A stretch of 64,000 nucleotides of DNA from a virus. Shown piece after piece: positions 8,438-18,423 of this stretch (positions are counted from its first letter, which is position 1; each line of letters starts with the position of its first letter). Under the pieces are notes generated by a model. The model was not told the DNA's origin. It was given only the letters and a program-made list of their open reading frames with translations, and did no database searches. The DNA lies in the IMG/VR virus record IMGVR_UViG_3300025684_000010. One strand, written 5' to 3'. The position numbers and the translations under genes are program-made.

Positions 8438-9019
8438 ATGGAGTTAGGTATGAGAGTCGCTGGTGTTGACTACAGTTTAAGTAGTCCAGCAATTTGTGTT
8501 CATGAAGGTGAAGAATGGAGTTACGATAACTGTACTTTTTATTATTATGTAAAGCAAAAGAAATTGCTAATTGGAGAGAAAGGACAGTATCAAGCAACAA
8601 TGTATCCTGACAATTGGTTTAACGATCAAGAACGATATGATATCATTGGATCTTGGTCTCAGGAAAAATGTTTTGAATGTGACTTTGTTGGAATTGAAGG
8701 ATACGCATTTGGAGCAGTCGGTAGAGTATTTCAGATAGCAGAGAACTGTGGTTTATTTAAACATAAACTATGGGAACGAAGAATACCTTACGATGTATAT
8801 CCACCAACAATGATTAAAAAGTTTGGTTGCGGAAAAGGTAATGCTGGTAAAGATTTAATGATTGAAGCCTTTGAGAAAGAAACTTCTATTGACATTCGCG
8901 AAAAATGTGGTATAATAAACAAATCGTGGAATCCTATTACTGATATTGTAGATGCCTACTATATTTGTAAATACGGTTTTACTCAACTTACAGAGAAGAA
9001 AGATGATAGTAATATTTAA
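8438..9019 (+). CDS. RuvC-like nuclease/resolvase fold protein
   Basis: GVDYSLSSPAI, GIEGYAFG, KKFGCGKGNAGK and DIVDAYY motifs. Confidence 0.65.
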   Translation: MELGMRVAGVDYSLSSPAICVHEGEEWSYDNCTFYYYVKQKKLLIGEKGQYQATMYPDNWFNDQERYDIIGSWSQEKCFECDFVGIEGYAFGAVGRVFQIAENCGLFKHKLWERRIPYDVYPPTMIKKFGCGKGNAGKDLMIEAFEKETSIDIREKCGIINKSWNPITDIVDAYYICKYGFTQLTEKKDDSNI

Positions 9020-9629
9020 CGGACCACCAGCTTCAGGTAAGGATGAAGCAGCAAGTTTATATAAAGAAAAGTACGGATTTGGTAATCTGTCTTTCAAGTA
9101 TCAATTATTTAAAGAAACGATTAAGCACTTTGATGTTGATGAAAGATGGTTCATGGAAGGCTATAACGATAGGACTCAAAAAGAAAAGTCAGAGTTTGCC
9201 TTACAAGGTATGTCAAGACGTGAAGCAATGATTCATGTATCAGAAGATATTATTAAGCCAAAGAAAGGTTTAGATTATTTTGGTAAATCAGTTGCTGAAG
9301 AAATCTTTGAAGATAAAAACTATGCGTTAGCAGATGGTGGATTTGTTGAAGAACTTGAACCTATTATTGAAAAGGTTGGAGCAGAGAATATTGTCATCGT
9401 TCAATTAACAAGAGAAGGTTGTGATTATTCTTCTGATAGTAGAAAATATTTTAATGGTCGACTAATTAACGAATGGACAGTCGGATCCAAAACAGCAATA
9501 GACAAAGCGTACGTTCTCAAAGAAGAGATGGATATTAAAACGTATCGCGTACATAATAATGGTTCACTGCATAACTTACACGATGCGTTAGACCAAATAC
9601 ATAATGAAATTAATGGAGAACTAAAATGA
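9003..9629 (+). CDS. deoxynucleoside monophosphate kinase (gp1-like)
   Basis: Walker A GPPASGKD and ADGGF.EE. Start moved to MIVIF. Confidence 0.75.
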   Translation: MIVIFNGPPASGKDEAASLYKEKYGFGNLSFKYQLFKETIKHFDVDERWFMEGYNDRTQKEKSEFALQGMSRREAMIHVSEDIIKPKKGLDYFGKSVAEEIFEDKNYALADGGFVEELEPIIEKVGAENIVIVQLTREGCDYSSDSRKYFNGRLINEWTVGSKTAIDKAYVLKEEMDIKTYRVHNNGSLHNLHDALDQIHNEINGELK

Positions 9630-10594
9630 GTTGCATTTATAAAGGTGTAGTGATTGATTCAGAACTCTCTGCCAATTCAAAAGGCGGAAGTGAAATGATG
9701 AGACAACGATTGATTGATAACATGGATGCGGAAGTACTTGAAAAGGTTGCTATCCATTTATCGAGACCAAGAGAATTATATGATGATGTACCAAATATCT
9801 TTTGGTGTCATGATCTATCGGAAGATCCAGAAAATCAAGTTTTAAAAGATGAAGGTTGGCAGAAGTTTGCTCACTTTGTTTTTGTCACTTCATGGCAAAG
9901 AGATCAGTACATTATGCGATATGGTATTCCTTATGGTAGATGTTCTGTTATTCATAATGCTGTTGAAGTAAAGTATGACCCACAGGAAAAAGATATGGAA
10001 ACAATTCGTTTCGTATATCATACAACTCCGCATCGTGGATTAGAACTACTTGTACCAATCTTTGCTTCATTGGCAAAAGAGTTTGATAATATTCATCTTG
10101 ATGTCTATTCAGGATTTGAAATTTATGGATGGAAAAATCGAGACGAAGCATATAAGCCATTATATGAACAGATTGAAGCGCATCCTAATATGACTTATCA
10201 TGGAGTTAAATCAAATGATGAAGTATTAGCAGCATTAAAGAAATCTCATATTTTCCTATATCCTAATATATGGAAAGAGACATCTTGTATTGCATTACTT
10301 GAAGCAATTAAATCTCAAATGATTTGTATTCATCCAAACTATGGAGCATTGCCTGAGACTGGTGCTAATGCAACCATTATGTATGATTGGAATGAAGATA
10401 TGAATCATCACGCAAATTATGCGTATTCAGTAGCAAAACAAATTCTAATTGCGATGAAGAACGATCCTAATTACTTTAATGGATTTACCTTCTCTGATAG
10501 ATTTAATTTGGCAAGAAATAATATACAATCATTTACCACAATGTGGAACACTTTATTAAGGAATATTGGAGATGTCTACCAACTCGAAGGGTAA
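9626..10594 (+). CDS. GT-B glycosyltransferase (family 4-like)
   Basis: GGSE, FWCHD, TTPHRGL and ETSCIALLEA...GALPET motifs. Confidence 0.85.
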   Translation: MSCIYKGVVIDSELSANSKGGSEMMRQRLIDNMDAEVLEKVAIHLSRPRELYDDVPNIFWCHDLSEDPENQVLKDEGWQKFAHFVFVTSWQRDQYIMRYGIPYGRCSVIHNAVEVKYDPQEKDMETIRFVYHTTPHRGLELLVPIFASLAKEFDNIHLDVYSGFEIYGWKNRDEAYKPLYEQIEAHPNMTYHGVKSNDEVLAALKKSHIFLYPNIWKETSCIALLEAIKSQMICIHPNYGALPETGANATIMYDWNEDMNHHANYAYSVAKQILIAMKNDPNYFNGFTFSDRFNLARNNIQSFTTMWNTLLRNIGDVYQLEG

Positions 10595-10955
10595 ATTAAT
10601 ACCATTTCCAAAGATACATTCTAATCCTCCAATTGATGAGGTAAGTGTTGGCGAAAGGATTCGTGAATATAAGGAATCTTATTCAAGCGAACTTGCAGAA
10701 ATTATTTGGGAAAACGTACTAGGTGAGATGGCAAGAGCAGGATGTGATTTTGAAGATAACATGGAATTATACTTTCCATCTATGATACTTATCTTTGAAT
10801 CTATTCGTTCTTTACATCTACAAACAATGAACGAAGAACATCAGTTACAAGCATATGCTGCAAATAATGTTATCGTGGATGCAGATGAAAATGCTATATC
10901 TGGTGGATTAAAAAAGAATTTAGAAGAAACCATTGACATTGATGAAGATGTTTGA
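10566..10955 (+). CDS. hypothetical protein
   Basis: ORF track. Confidence 0.6.
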   Translation: MEMSTNSKGKLIPFPKIHSNPPIDEVSVGERIREYKESYSSELAEIIWENVLGEMARAGCDFEDNMELYFPSMILIFESIRSLHLQTMNEEHQLQAYAANNVIVDADENAISGGLKKNLEETIDIDEDV

Positions 10956-10961
10956 TATAAT
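10933..10961 (+). promoter_or_regulatory. sigma70 promoter upstream of rnh
   Basis: TTGACA-17-TATAAT. Confidence 0.75.
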
Positions 10962-10992
10962 ATAATCTGTAAATTTAAATAATGGATAAATT

Positions 10993-11850
10993 ATGATATT
11001 AGTTGACTATAACCAAGTTATGCTCGCGAGTCTTTTCGCAGGTATTGGTAATCACACAAACATGGAAGTTGATGAAAATCTTCTTCGTCACATGTTTCTC
11101 AATTCAATCAGATTCAATCGCAAAAAGTTTTCGAGAGAATACGGTGAGATTGTGATCTGCGCTGATAACACAAACGTATGGAGAAAGGATTACTATCCAT
11201 ACTATAAAGCAAATCGTAAAAAGAACAGAGATGATTCTGATCTTGATTGGAATGCGCTGTTTGATGTTATTCATCAGATCCGTAGAGAAATTGAAGAGTT
11301 CTTTCCTTACAAGGTAGTATATGTTGACCGCTGTGAAGCTGACGATATTATCGCAACACTCTGTATGGAACATGGTACTGAATTAAATAATGGTTCTGAA
11401 AAGATTCTGATTCTATCTGGTGACAAGGACTTTATTCAATTACAAAAATTCGCAAACGTTGACCAATACAATCCCGTCCTTAAGAAATGGGTGAGACATG
11501 CGAATCCTCAGCAATATATAACAGAACACGTTCTTCGCGGTGATACTGGTGACGGTGTACCAAACATATTAAGTCCTGATAATTGTCTTGCTATTGGTGA
11601 AAGACAAAAGCCAATGACTAAGAAGCGTATTGAGTTGTTTAGCAAAGATCCAGACGCAATGGATGAAGAAACAAAATTAAGGTTTAATCGTAATAAACAA
11701 ATGATTGATCTTACAATGATACCTCAGGAGTTTGTTGATAATATTCTTGAGGCTTATAATAACCAAGAAGAGGTGGGAAGGTCTCACTTATTCAATTACT
11801 TCGTCAAACAAAAGTTGAAAAACTTGATTGGCGATTTACAGGATTTTTAA
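10993..11850 (+). CDS. rnh: T4-type RNase H / 5'-3' flap exonuclease
   Basis: ILVDY, WRKDYYPYYKANR, EADDIIA, SGDKDFIQL and GDTGDGVPN motifs. Confidence 0.93.
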   Translation: MILVDYNQVMLASLFAGIGNHTNMEVDENLLRHMFLNSIRFNRKKFSREYGEIVICADNTNVWRKDYYPYYKANRKKNRDDSDLDWNALFDVIHQIRREIEEFFPYKVVYVDRCEADDIIATLCMEHGTELNNGSEKILILSGDKDFIQLQKFANVDQYNPVLKKWVRHANPQQYITEHVLRGDTGDGVPNILSPDNCLAIGERQKPMTKKRIELFSKDPDAMDEETKLRFNRNKQMIDLTMIPQEFVDNILEAYNNQEEVGRSHLFNYFVKQKLKNLIGDLQDF

Positions 11851-11851
11851 T

Positions 11852-12289
11852 ATGTTAAGAATATCAATAGCAGATATCATCAATGGTGCTGCAAAAGAAA
11901 AAAGTGTAAAAGGAAAAGTCGAGCACTTACAAAAACACGACACCGTTCCATTAAGACAGGTTCTTCGTTTGATTTATGATGAAGATATCGAGTTCTTACT
12001 ACCAGATACTCCACCTCCGTTTAAAGAGAACGAACTCGTTGACCTTGATACTATGTTATATAGAGAAGCAAGACGTTTACGAATATTCTTTAAAGGTGGC
12101 GGATACGACAACCTCAATAAGAATAGAAGAGAAGCATTGTTTATTCAGTTGCTTGAAGATTTGAATCCATCTGATTCAAGAATGCTTGCAGAGAATATGA
12201 TTAGTCATACTCCTATTAAAGGAATAACTAAGAAAACATTAGAAGCAGCTTTTCCAACACTATTCACTGATCCACTCAACTTTAGATAA
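11852..12289 (+). CDS. conserved T4-like hypothetical protein downstream of rnh
   Basis: LYREARRL and REALFIQLLEDL motifs; typical rnh neighbour. Confidence 0.65.
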   Translation: MLRISIADIINGAAKEKSVKGKVEHLQKHDTVPLRQVLRLIYDEDIEFLLPDTPPPFKENELVDLDTMLYREARRLRIFFKGGGYDNLNKNRREALFIQLLEDLNPSDSRMLAENMISHTPIKGITKKTLEAAFPTLFTDPLNFR

Positions 12290-12303
12290 TAAGGAAAATT
12301 GCT

Positions 12304-12450
12304 ATGCCTCGGCAGCGCAAATCAACCATTCATTCTGATGATTGGTATGAACCGAAGATACAAGATCGGAAACAAAAGAAAAAGAAAAATCAGGCAAGAA
12401 AAGACCTTCAAAAGCAGAAATTTTCTGATAAAAGAGCTTTTCTTTCATAA
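12304..12450 (+). CDS. small basic hypothetical protein (48 aa)
   Basis: Read by eye: SD AAGGA, MPRQRKST...KRAFLS. Confidence 0.5.
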   Translation: MPRQRKSTIHSDDWYEPKIQDRKQKKKKNQARKDLQKQKFSDKRAFLS

Positions 12451-12455
12451 AACTA

Positions 12456-12484
12456 TTGACAAGATCCTATAACTGTGTTATAAT
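12456..12484 (+). promoter_or_regulatory. sigma70 early promoter
   Basis: TTGACA-17-TATAAT, preceded by ttcataaaacta as in the repeat family. Confidence 0.8.
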
Positions 12485-12501
12485 ATCTATATAAATTAAT
12501 A

Positions 12502-13098
12502 ATGAACAGGAATAATATGGATCACAGAGCAGAAAAGCTAATCCTTGTAGATTGCGATGGAGTACTCCTTGATTGGAAGTATGCATTCTATAAGTACATG
12601 AATGAAAACGGATATACCGTTATTGAAGAAGGTCATTACGACGTAGCACAAACCTTTGGTATTACAAAGGAACAATCAAGACAACTTGTAAGACAGTTTA
12701 ACGAGTCTGCAAGAATCGGATTTTTACCAGGCCTCAGGGATGCAATTAAATATGTCAAGAAACTCCATAGTGAAGGTTATGTTTTTCATTGTATTACTAG
12801 TCTCAGTACTGATTACTATGCCGGTAAACTAAGAGAACAGAATCTCGAAAGATTGTTTGGTAAAGATGTATTTGAGAGAGTGGTATGTTTGGATTGTGGA
12901 GCCGATAAGGACGACGGTCTATTACCTTATAAAGATAGTGGATGTATTTGGGTTGAAGACAAACCTTCTAATGCTGAATGCGGACTCGATATGGGACTTA
13001 GATCTATTCTGATTGAACATGACTTTAACAAAGATTACGAAAATAATAATTTGGTAAAAGTTAAGAATTGGAAAGAAATCTACGAATCTATCGTATAA
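12502..13098 (+). CDS. HAD-family 5'(3')-nucleotidase-like protein (T4 30.2-like)
   Basis: DCDGVLLDW and WVEDKPSNA motifs. Confidence 0.8.
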   Translation: MNRNNMDHRAEKLILVDCDGVLLDWKYAFYKYMNENGYTVIEEGHYDVAQTFGITKEQSRQLVRQFNESARIGFLPGLRDAIKYVKKLHSEGYVFHCITSLSTDYYAGKLREQNLERLFGKDVFERVVCLDCGADKDDGLLPYKDSGCIWVEDKPSNAECGLDMGLRSILIEHDFNKDYENNNLVKVKNWKEIYESIV

Positions 13099-13101
13099 AT
13101 A
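13094..13101 (+). promoter_or_regulatory. late promoter TATAAATA
   Basis: Exact consensus upstream of the FmdB-like/phoH block. Confidence 0.7.
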
Positions 13102-13129
13102 CTATTATGGAATATAAGATTGGAAACTA

Positions 13130-13375
13130 ATGCCTACATATACCTTTGAAGATACAAAAACTGGTGAGCAATTCGAGAAATTCATGTCGATGTCTGCGAT
13201 AGACCAGTTCAAAAAAGACAACCCCCATTTAAAATCTATCATTCTTAGCGGACAGCCCGTGATTGAGTCTGCGCGTCTTGGACGGATGAAACCGGATCAA
13301 GGCTTTCGTGATATACTTACATCAATGAAAGAAAACAAATCATACACTGGAAACAAAATCAACGATTGGAAGTAA
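13130..13375 (+). CDS. FmdB-like small protein
   Basis: MPTYTFEDTKTGEQFE N-terminus; typical phoH neighbour. Confidence 0.6.
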   Translation: MPTYTFEDTKTGEQFEKFMSMSAIDQFKKDNPHLKSIILSGQPVIESARLGRMKPDQGFRDILTSMKENKSYTGNKINDWK

Positions 13376-13417
13376 TTTCAATTGCTTCTTACATCTGTTG
13401 ATGCAAAGGAGAGTTTT

Positions 13418-14176
13418 ATGTCAAGAGCACGTCGTATAACAGCAAAGGATAAAAAAATGTCGCGGAGGGAAAAGGAAGGTTCAAGAATGGATACTAAATT
13501 CAGTATGAATCAGATTAGTCCTTTAACCGATAACCAAGCTCATTTTTTCGATAGTTATAACGCAGGTTATAATATAGCTGCAATTGGTACAGCAGGAACG
13601 GGAAAAACAATGTGTGGTCTTTATCTAGGCTTATGTGATATACTAAGCAACGATAATTATCATCAAGTTATTATTGTACGTTCTGCAGTCCAAACAAGAG
13701 AGCAAGGTTTTATGCCTGGGACTCTGCAGCAGAAAGAAGCAGTTTATTCTTTACCTTATGCTGATATAGTTAATGATTTATTTGGCCGAGGAGACGCATG
13801 GAGTATCTTATCTCAAAAGTCTTCAGTCAAATTTATGACGTCATCGTTCGTTAGAGGTTTAACATTCGATAATTCTATTATTATTGTAGACGAATGCCAA
13901 AGTATGACTTATCACGAACTCGATAGTATTATTACTCGAGTCGGAGATTCGTCACGAATCATATTCTGTGGTGATACTGCCCAGGATGATCTTGCTGGAA
14001 CTAGACACAAACATGACAACTCAGGACTTCAGGATTTTCTCAAAGTCCTATCTCGTATGGACCATTCCTTTAGGGTAGTTCAATTTGGAATTGAAGATAT
14101 CGTAAGAAGTGGTTTAGTTAAAGAATACATTATAGCAAAGGAGAGAACCGAACTCAAGCCTCGTATGGTGGCTTAA
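13418..14176 (+). CDS. phoH: PhoH family ATPase
   Basis: GTAGTGKT, RSAVQTREQGFMPG, RGLTF, IIIVDECQ, TRVG and CGDTAQ motifs. Confidence 0.93.
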   Translation: MSRARRITAKDKKMSRREKEGSRMDTKFSMNQISPLTDNQAHFFDSYNAGYNIAAIGTAGTGKTMCGLYLGLCDILSNDNYHQVIIVRSAVQTREQGFMPGTLQQKEAVYSLPYADIVNDLFGRGDAWSILSQKSSVKFMTSSFVRGLTFDNSIIIVDECQSMTYHELDSIITRVGDSSRIIFCGDTAQDDLAGTRHKHDNSGLQDFLKVLSRMDHSFRVVQFGIEDIVRSGLVKEYIIAKERTELKPRMVA

Positions 14177-14183
14177 ATCGAGG

Positions 14184-14207
14184 GGGTGGTCGCAAGGCCA
14201 CCCTTTC
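14184..14207 (+). terminator. putative intrinsic terminator after phoH
   Basis: gggtggtc-GCAA-ggccaccc followed by tttc. Confidence 0.55.
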
Positions 14208-14230
14208 AACTTAACTTATTGGATTATATT

Positions 14231-14926
14231 ATGAAATTATTTGAACACAACTCAGAGGCTCCCGTCCTCGAAAAATTAACAAGAGCTTCAGTGGATGGTA
14301 AACGTATTTACCAAACTCCATCAGGCAAAGGTTATCCATCAGTCACTACTGTATTAGGTATTCTTGGAAAAGAAGATATACAGAAATGGCGTGATCGCGT
14401 TGGCCATGCAGAAGCAAACAAAATATCTACTCAAGCCGCTCGACGTGGTACCGCAGTTCATAAACTTTGTGAAGACTATTTGGATAACGATCCAGATTAC
14501 GGCAAGAAGCATATGCCTGCTAATCTTCATATGTTTAATACAATGAAACCCATTCTTGATGAACGAATAAATAATATTTGGTACCAGGAGTGTTTCTTAT
14601 ATTCCAATGAATTAGAAACAGCAGGTCAAGTTGACTGTATTGCTGAATGGGATGGAGAACTTGCGGTCGTTGATTTTAAAACATCAAAGAGACCAAAGAA
14701 AGAAGAATGGATTCTAAACTATTATATGCAAGTATCCTTCTACGCAAAAGCATTTGAAGAAATGACTGGTCATAAAGTAAAGAAAGGAGTGATATTCATT
14801 GGAGTTGATGGCAGTGAACCTCAAGTGTTTGAGTTTGAGCCTGCTGATTACAATGATCATTTTAAAGCTGTAAGGTCAACATATAAAGAGCTCTATGAAA
14901 AAGATACGGTACATAATAACGGATGA
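14231..14926 (+). CDS. PD-(D/E)XK exonuclease (Cas4-like / exonuclease A type)
   Basis: YPSVTTVL, RGTAVH, AGQVDCIA, VVDFKTS and YYMQ..YA motifs. Confidence 0.85.
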   Translation: MKLFEHNSEAPVLEKLTRASVDGKRIYQTPSGKGYPSVTTVLGILGKEDIQKWRDRVGHAEANKISTQAARRGTAVHKLCEDYLDNDPDYGKKHMPANLHMFNTMKPILDERINNIWYQECFLYSNELETAGQVDCIAEWDGELAVVDFKTSKRPKKEEWILNYYMQVSFYAKAFEEMTGHKVKKGVIFIGVDGSEPQVFEFEPADYNDHFKAVRSTYKELYEKDTVHNNG

Positions 14927-15242
14927 AAACATGGGTGTATTCTTAGGAACCTATAATGGATATGACCTAGGAATGGAAGATGATGGTAGAGTATATGCAT
15001 GTTTTGCGGCCAACAACCCATTTGGTTTAACTACGGCTTGTTCGTTTAAAACTGAAAGGACTGCTCAGAATTATATAACAGATCTATTCCCACCCAAGAA
15101 ACAAAGACAGTTGTCTACACTGACAGTTGAAACAGAAACAGAATTTCCGACCGTCGTTGATTTAATAAAGTCAGGACACGGCGACCAAACATTTGATATG
15201 ATAGATGGGTTAGTTGCGGAAGGAAGTCAACTAATACATTAA
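14895..15242 (+). CDS. hypothetical protein
   Basis: ORF track. Confidence 0.6.
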   Translation: MKKIRYIITDENMGVFLGTYNGYDLGMEDDGRVYACFAANNPFGLTTACSFKTERTAQNYITDLFPPKKQRQLSTLTVETETEFPTVVDLIKSGHGDQTFDMIDGLVAEGSQLIH

Positions 15243-15248
15243 TAGGAT

Positions 15249-15971
15249 ATGATTATGAATTACAATACGCTAAACAAAAATATGGACATGGGTTTTCTCG
15301 ACATGGATCATGTAGCAAACATGAGAAAAGAATTCTTTATTAATAAGGATTATGAATGGTGGGGCCAAGTAAAAGAAGGTGATGTCGTAGTTGATGTTGG
15401 TACTTGTGTTGGTATGTTTAGTTGTCATGCTCTCGATTCTGGTGCAAGTAAAGTCTATATGATTGAACCAAATCAGCATCTATTAAAAACGGCAATAAAC
15501 AATACTCTTCCTTATGTTATTAATGAAGTTGAATCTAAAGTAGTTCCATGCCATGCTGCTATTATGAATACTGACGATCATATTACTCATATCTATGATG
15601 GTGACAGTTCTGGAGATTTTAAACGTTTTCGCTTTAAAGAATTCATTGAACATTATGGTATCGAAAAAATCGACTTTCTCAAAATTGATTGTGAAGGTGG
15701 AGAGTACGATATCTTAACAGAAGAAAACTTTGATTGGATCTACAATAACGTTGGTCATATTGCAGTTGAAGTACATCGTCGTCATGCGGATTCAGGTAAT
15801 CGTGATATGATTAAGTTCCGTAATGAATTCCTTAAAAAGTATGAAGATGAAGGTCGTTTGAAATATCAAAACGAAGATCATCGTAAAGGAATGTGGAACG
15901 ACGAACTTATTCTTGCTAGTGATTGGTGGAACTTACCATCAGAATTCATGGCATATTTTATCAAAAAGTAG
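15249..15971 (+). CDS. FkbM-family SAM methyltransferase
   Basis: VVDVGTCVGMF, IEP and IDFLKIDCEGGEY motifs. Confidence 0.85.
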   Translation: MIMNYNTLNKNMDMGFLDMDHVANMRKEFFINKDYEWWGQVKEGDVVVDVGTCVGMFSCHALDSGASKVYMIEPNQHLLKTAINNTLPYVINEVESKVVPCHAAIMNTDDHITHIYDGDSSGDFKRFRFKEFIEHYGIEKIDFLKIDCEGGEYDILTEENFDWIYNNVGHIAVEVHRRHADSGNRDMIKFRNEFLKKYEDEGRLKYQNEDHRKGMWNDELILASDWWNLPSEFMAYFIKK

Positions 15972-16000
15972 TTGACAAGTCTTTCATAATGGTATATAAT
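15972..16000 (+). promoter_or_regulatory. sigma70 promoter (leaderless start of the HD gene)
   Basis: TTGACA-17-TATAAT with the ATG 6 nt later. Confidence 0.8.
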
Positions 16001-16006
16001 TAACTC

Positions 16007-16534
16007 ATGACAGATAAACAATTAATACAAGACGCGTTAATGTTAGCTATTAAAGCTCACGACGGTCAAAGACGAAAGTATACCGGAGAACCTTACTCTG
16101 CCCATCCTATTGGAGTTTCAAAGATAATTGAAACAATTCCCGACCATACACCAGAGATGGTTGCAGCTGCGTTATTACATGACGTCGTTGAAGATACACC
16201 GGTAACGCTTTCAGAAATAAAAGAAGCATTTGGTACGACTGTTGCTGAGTACGTTCATTTCTGTTCTAACGTTTCTGAACAATCTGACGGCAATCGTGCG
16301 TTTCGTAAAAAGATGGATGCTGATCATTTTGCGATGGGACCTGCAGAAGCTCAGACAATAAAGGTTGCTGATTTAATACATAACAGTGAAACCATCATAC
16401 CTCACGATCCTAAGTTCTTTCACAAAGCTTACAAGTACGAAAAACAGTACCTATTGGATGTTTTAATTAAAGCAAACCCAATACTCAGAAGTCATGCTCA
16501 ATCGATGCTTGACAAAACGTGGGATCCGTCTTAA
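16007..16534 (+). CDS. HD-domain (p)ppGpp hydrolase-like protein (Mesh1/SAH type)
   Basis: AH.GQRRK.TGEPY..HP..V, AALLHDVVEDT and IKVADLIHN motifs. Confidence 0.85.
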   Translation: MTDKQLIQDALMLAIKAHDGQRRKYTGEPYSAHPIGVSKIIETIPDHTPEMVAAALLHDVVEDTPVTLSEIKEAFGTTVAEYVHFCSNVSEQSDGNRAFRKKMDADHFAMGPAEAQTIKVADLIHNSETIIPHDPKFFHKAYKYEKQYLLDVLIKANPILRSHAQSMLDKTWDPS

Positions 16535-16564
16535 TCGGCGGATTTCATTTCTATATTCCTTCCA

Positions 16565-16649
16565 GTTCTATCCATATTCCTATTTGATCTAAAAAAAGTT
16601 AGTTTATTTTCATAAAACCATTGACATTCTTTATGAAACCGTTTATAAT
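16565..16649 (+). promoter_or_regulatory. composite early promoter repeat (upstream palindrome-like box, inverted repeat around -35, TTGACA-17-TATAAT)
   Basis: ttcataaa(16609)-accaTTGACAttc-tttatgaa; TATAAT at 16644. Confidence 0.85.
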
Positions 16650-16679
16650 AACTGTATAAATTAAACAAATGGATCAAAT

Positions 16680-17045
16680 ATGAAAAATACCTATATCGTT
16701 AAACAAGTTGCCATTCCTAAGGAAGAACGAGAACTGCCTAACCAAAAAGGATGGGATGGAGCAATTGCAGAGTCTGATCATTGGAGAGTCAAGATGGACT
16801 ACATGCACGGTTTAAGAAAGGTAGGTTTCAAATCAGAAGATCTCAAATACTTTACCGATACTTACAAGGTTGAAGCTGACTGTTTGGAAAGTGTATTTAG
16901 AATCACTAACTTATGGGAAGAAGACGAATCTGTTGAGAGATTCAGAATGGGTCATTCTACTTCTGTTGGAGATCTTATCGAAGATACCTCTACAGGAAAA
17001 ATTCATATGGTTGATAGCTTCGGCTTTCAGGAGGTAGTAGCATAA
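16680..17045 (+). CDS. hypothetical protein (YodL-like C-terminal GHSTSVGD)
   Basis: ORF behind an early promoter; weak motif resemblance. Confidence 0.55.
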   Translation: MKNTYIVKQVAIPKEERELPNQKGWDGAIAESDHWRVKMDYMHGLRKVGFKSEDLKYFTDTYKVEADCLESVFRITNLWEEDESVERFRMGHSTSVGDLIEDTSTGKIHMVDSFGFQEVVA

Positions 17046-17299
17046 TGGCATTTTATAACCACACGGTAGCACCAATAGGTTGTTTTACTGAAAAGGAAGT
17101 AGGTAACTACTTTGAATACAGTGTTAATGACACTGGCATGTTTCCTGAGTATCCACATAAGGTGTGGGTTGGCAACACACTCTGCGGAGATCAAGGTTTT
17201 CGTTTTGCTAAAGTAAAGAAGACCGTTGCGTATATCCTCACTGATGAAGACACGCTTGAAAGATGGTTTTTAAAATCAAATATGGAGTATGCAGTATGA
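17045..17299 (+). CDS. hypothetical protein
   Basis: ORF track, SD GGAGG. Confidence 0.6.
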   Translation: MAFYNHTVAPIGCFTEKEVGNYFEYSVNDTGMFPEYPHKVWVGNTLCGDQGFRFAKVKKTVAYILTDEDTLERWFLKSNMEYAV

Positions 17300-17583
17300 T
17301 TACTTGGGAAGATTACAAAGCGCCTTACTCATTCCCTAAAACGTGGGAAGACACATCATGGGGTAACGATGAGTTGCCTTCATTTGAGTTCAACGGATAT
17401 CGCATCTGGGTCAATTCTCCAGATGAAGACGAAAGGTTAGAAACTGGTACAGAAGATTGGATCTTTGCTGTCACATATTGCTCGGAAATGGGAGCTGATG
17501 AAGACCTACTGACCACCATGGACTTCGACGAAGTGGTAGTTTTTGTTAATAGTATGCATTCTACTCAATTAAAACGAAAATAA
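17296..17583 (+). CDS. acidic hypothetical protein
   Basis: ATGA-type coupling with SD GGAG; start moved to MITW. Confidence 0.6.
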   Translation: MITWEDYKAPYSFPKTWEDTSWGNDELPSFEFNGYRIWVNSPDEDERLETGTEDWIFAVTYCSEMGADEDLLTTMDFDEVVVFVNSMHSTQLKRK

Positions 17584-17594
17584 ATGAAATTTTT

Positions 17595-17635
17595 ATCATA
17601 AAACTATTGACATTCTTTATGATATGGTTTATAAT
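17595..17635 (+). promoter_or_regulatory. early promoter repeat element
   Basis: atcataaa-actaTTGACAttc-tttatgat (compensatory arms); TATAAT at 17630. Confidence 0.85.
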
Positions 17636-17664
17636 ATATCTATATTAAACAATAAGGAAAGGAA

Positions 17665-18006
17665 TTGATTATGGCTACTAAATTTAACAAAGAAGATTTT
17701 ACTTGGGATGGAATGTATCTAATGTATCGTGGAGATTTTAACGGATCTCGTAAGATGCTTGATGTCCACCCTGATGCTCATCCTTCATGGAAAGGTATGA
17801 ACAAGCCTGCATTCGTTGCTAGGTTCAAGTACGGTTACAAGCCTTGGAAAGCTTGGGTTAATTTCTTAGTCAAAAATGCTACTGTTGAAAAATACATGGA
17901 ACTTTCAAGTCATGACAATAAGTACTTTAACGAAAGGTACGGTTATGAAACTTGTGGTTCACCAGTTGCAGCAATGGAACAGTTAGGTTATAAGGGGAAG
18001 GTGTAA
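17665..18006 (+). CDS. hypothetical protein
   Basis: ORF behind a promoter, SD AAGGA. Confidence 0.65.
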   Translation: MIMATKFNKEDFTWDGMYLMYRGDFNGSRKMLDVHPDAHPSWKGMNKPAFVARFKYGYKPWKAWVNFLVKNATVEKYMELSSHDNKYFNERYGYETCGSPVAAMEQLGYKGKV

Positions 18007-18329
18007 TGTCTAACACTTATTGGAATGGAAACGGAACTTATCAAGGTTTCATCGACAAGCTTTCAGAAGAGATCCCATTAGAAGGAGCTTGTGAAGACAA
18101 AGCAATAGATCGTTTACGTAGAGCAATCAATGCTTACTATGACATCTATAATAATGGTGGATGTAATTCTGTAAGTCGCAAGGTTTCTTACTTCTTTCCT
18201 GGAGTTATGAAACATCTGCAATATGGTAGAAGCTATCGAGATGATTGGGAGTCAGTTGAGAAAATCACTGAGCCAAAGATGGATGCTATCATACTCAAAG
18301 TAGCTAAAGCTAAAGGTCTTATAGTATAG
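18006..18329 (+). CDS. hypothetical protein (YWNGNG...YYDIYNNGG)
   Basis: ORF track, coupled. Confidence 0.6.
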   Translation: MSNTYWNGNGTYQGFIDKLSEEIPLEGACEDKAIDRLRRAINAYYDIYNNGGCNSVSRKVSYFFPGVMKHLQYGRSYRDDWESVEKITEPKMDAIILKVAKAKGLIV

Positions 18330-18358
18330 AACTTTATGAAAATAAATGAAAATAACTA

Positions 18359-18387
18359 TTGACATTCTTTATGATATGGTTTATAAT
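18359..18387 (+). promoter_or_regulatory. early promoter repeat element
   Basis: TTGACA-ttctttatgatatggtt-TATAAT. Confidence 0.85.
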
Positions 18388-18423
18388 ATCTATATTAAAT
18401 AATTAAATATCAGGAAATATATT

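Noticed and set aside
14186-14230. Upstream GTG start for the exonuclease
   Set aside because: It lies within the phoH terminator hairpin; the ATG at 14231 is more plausible.
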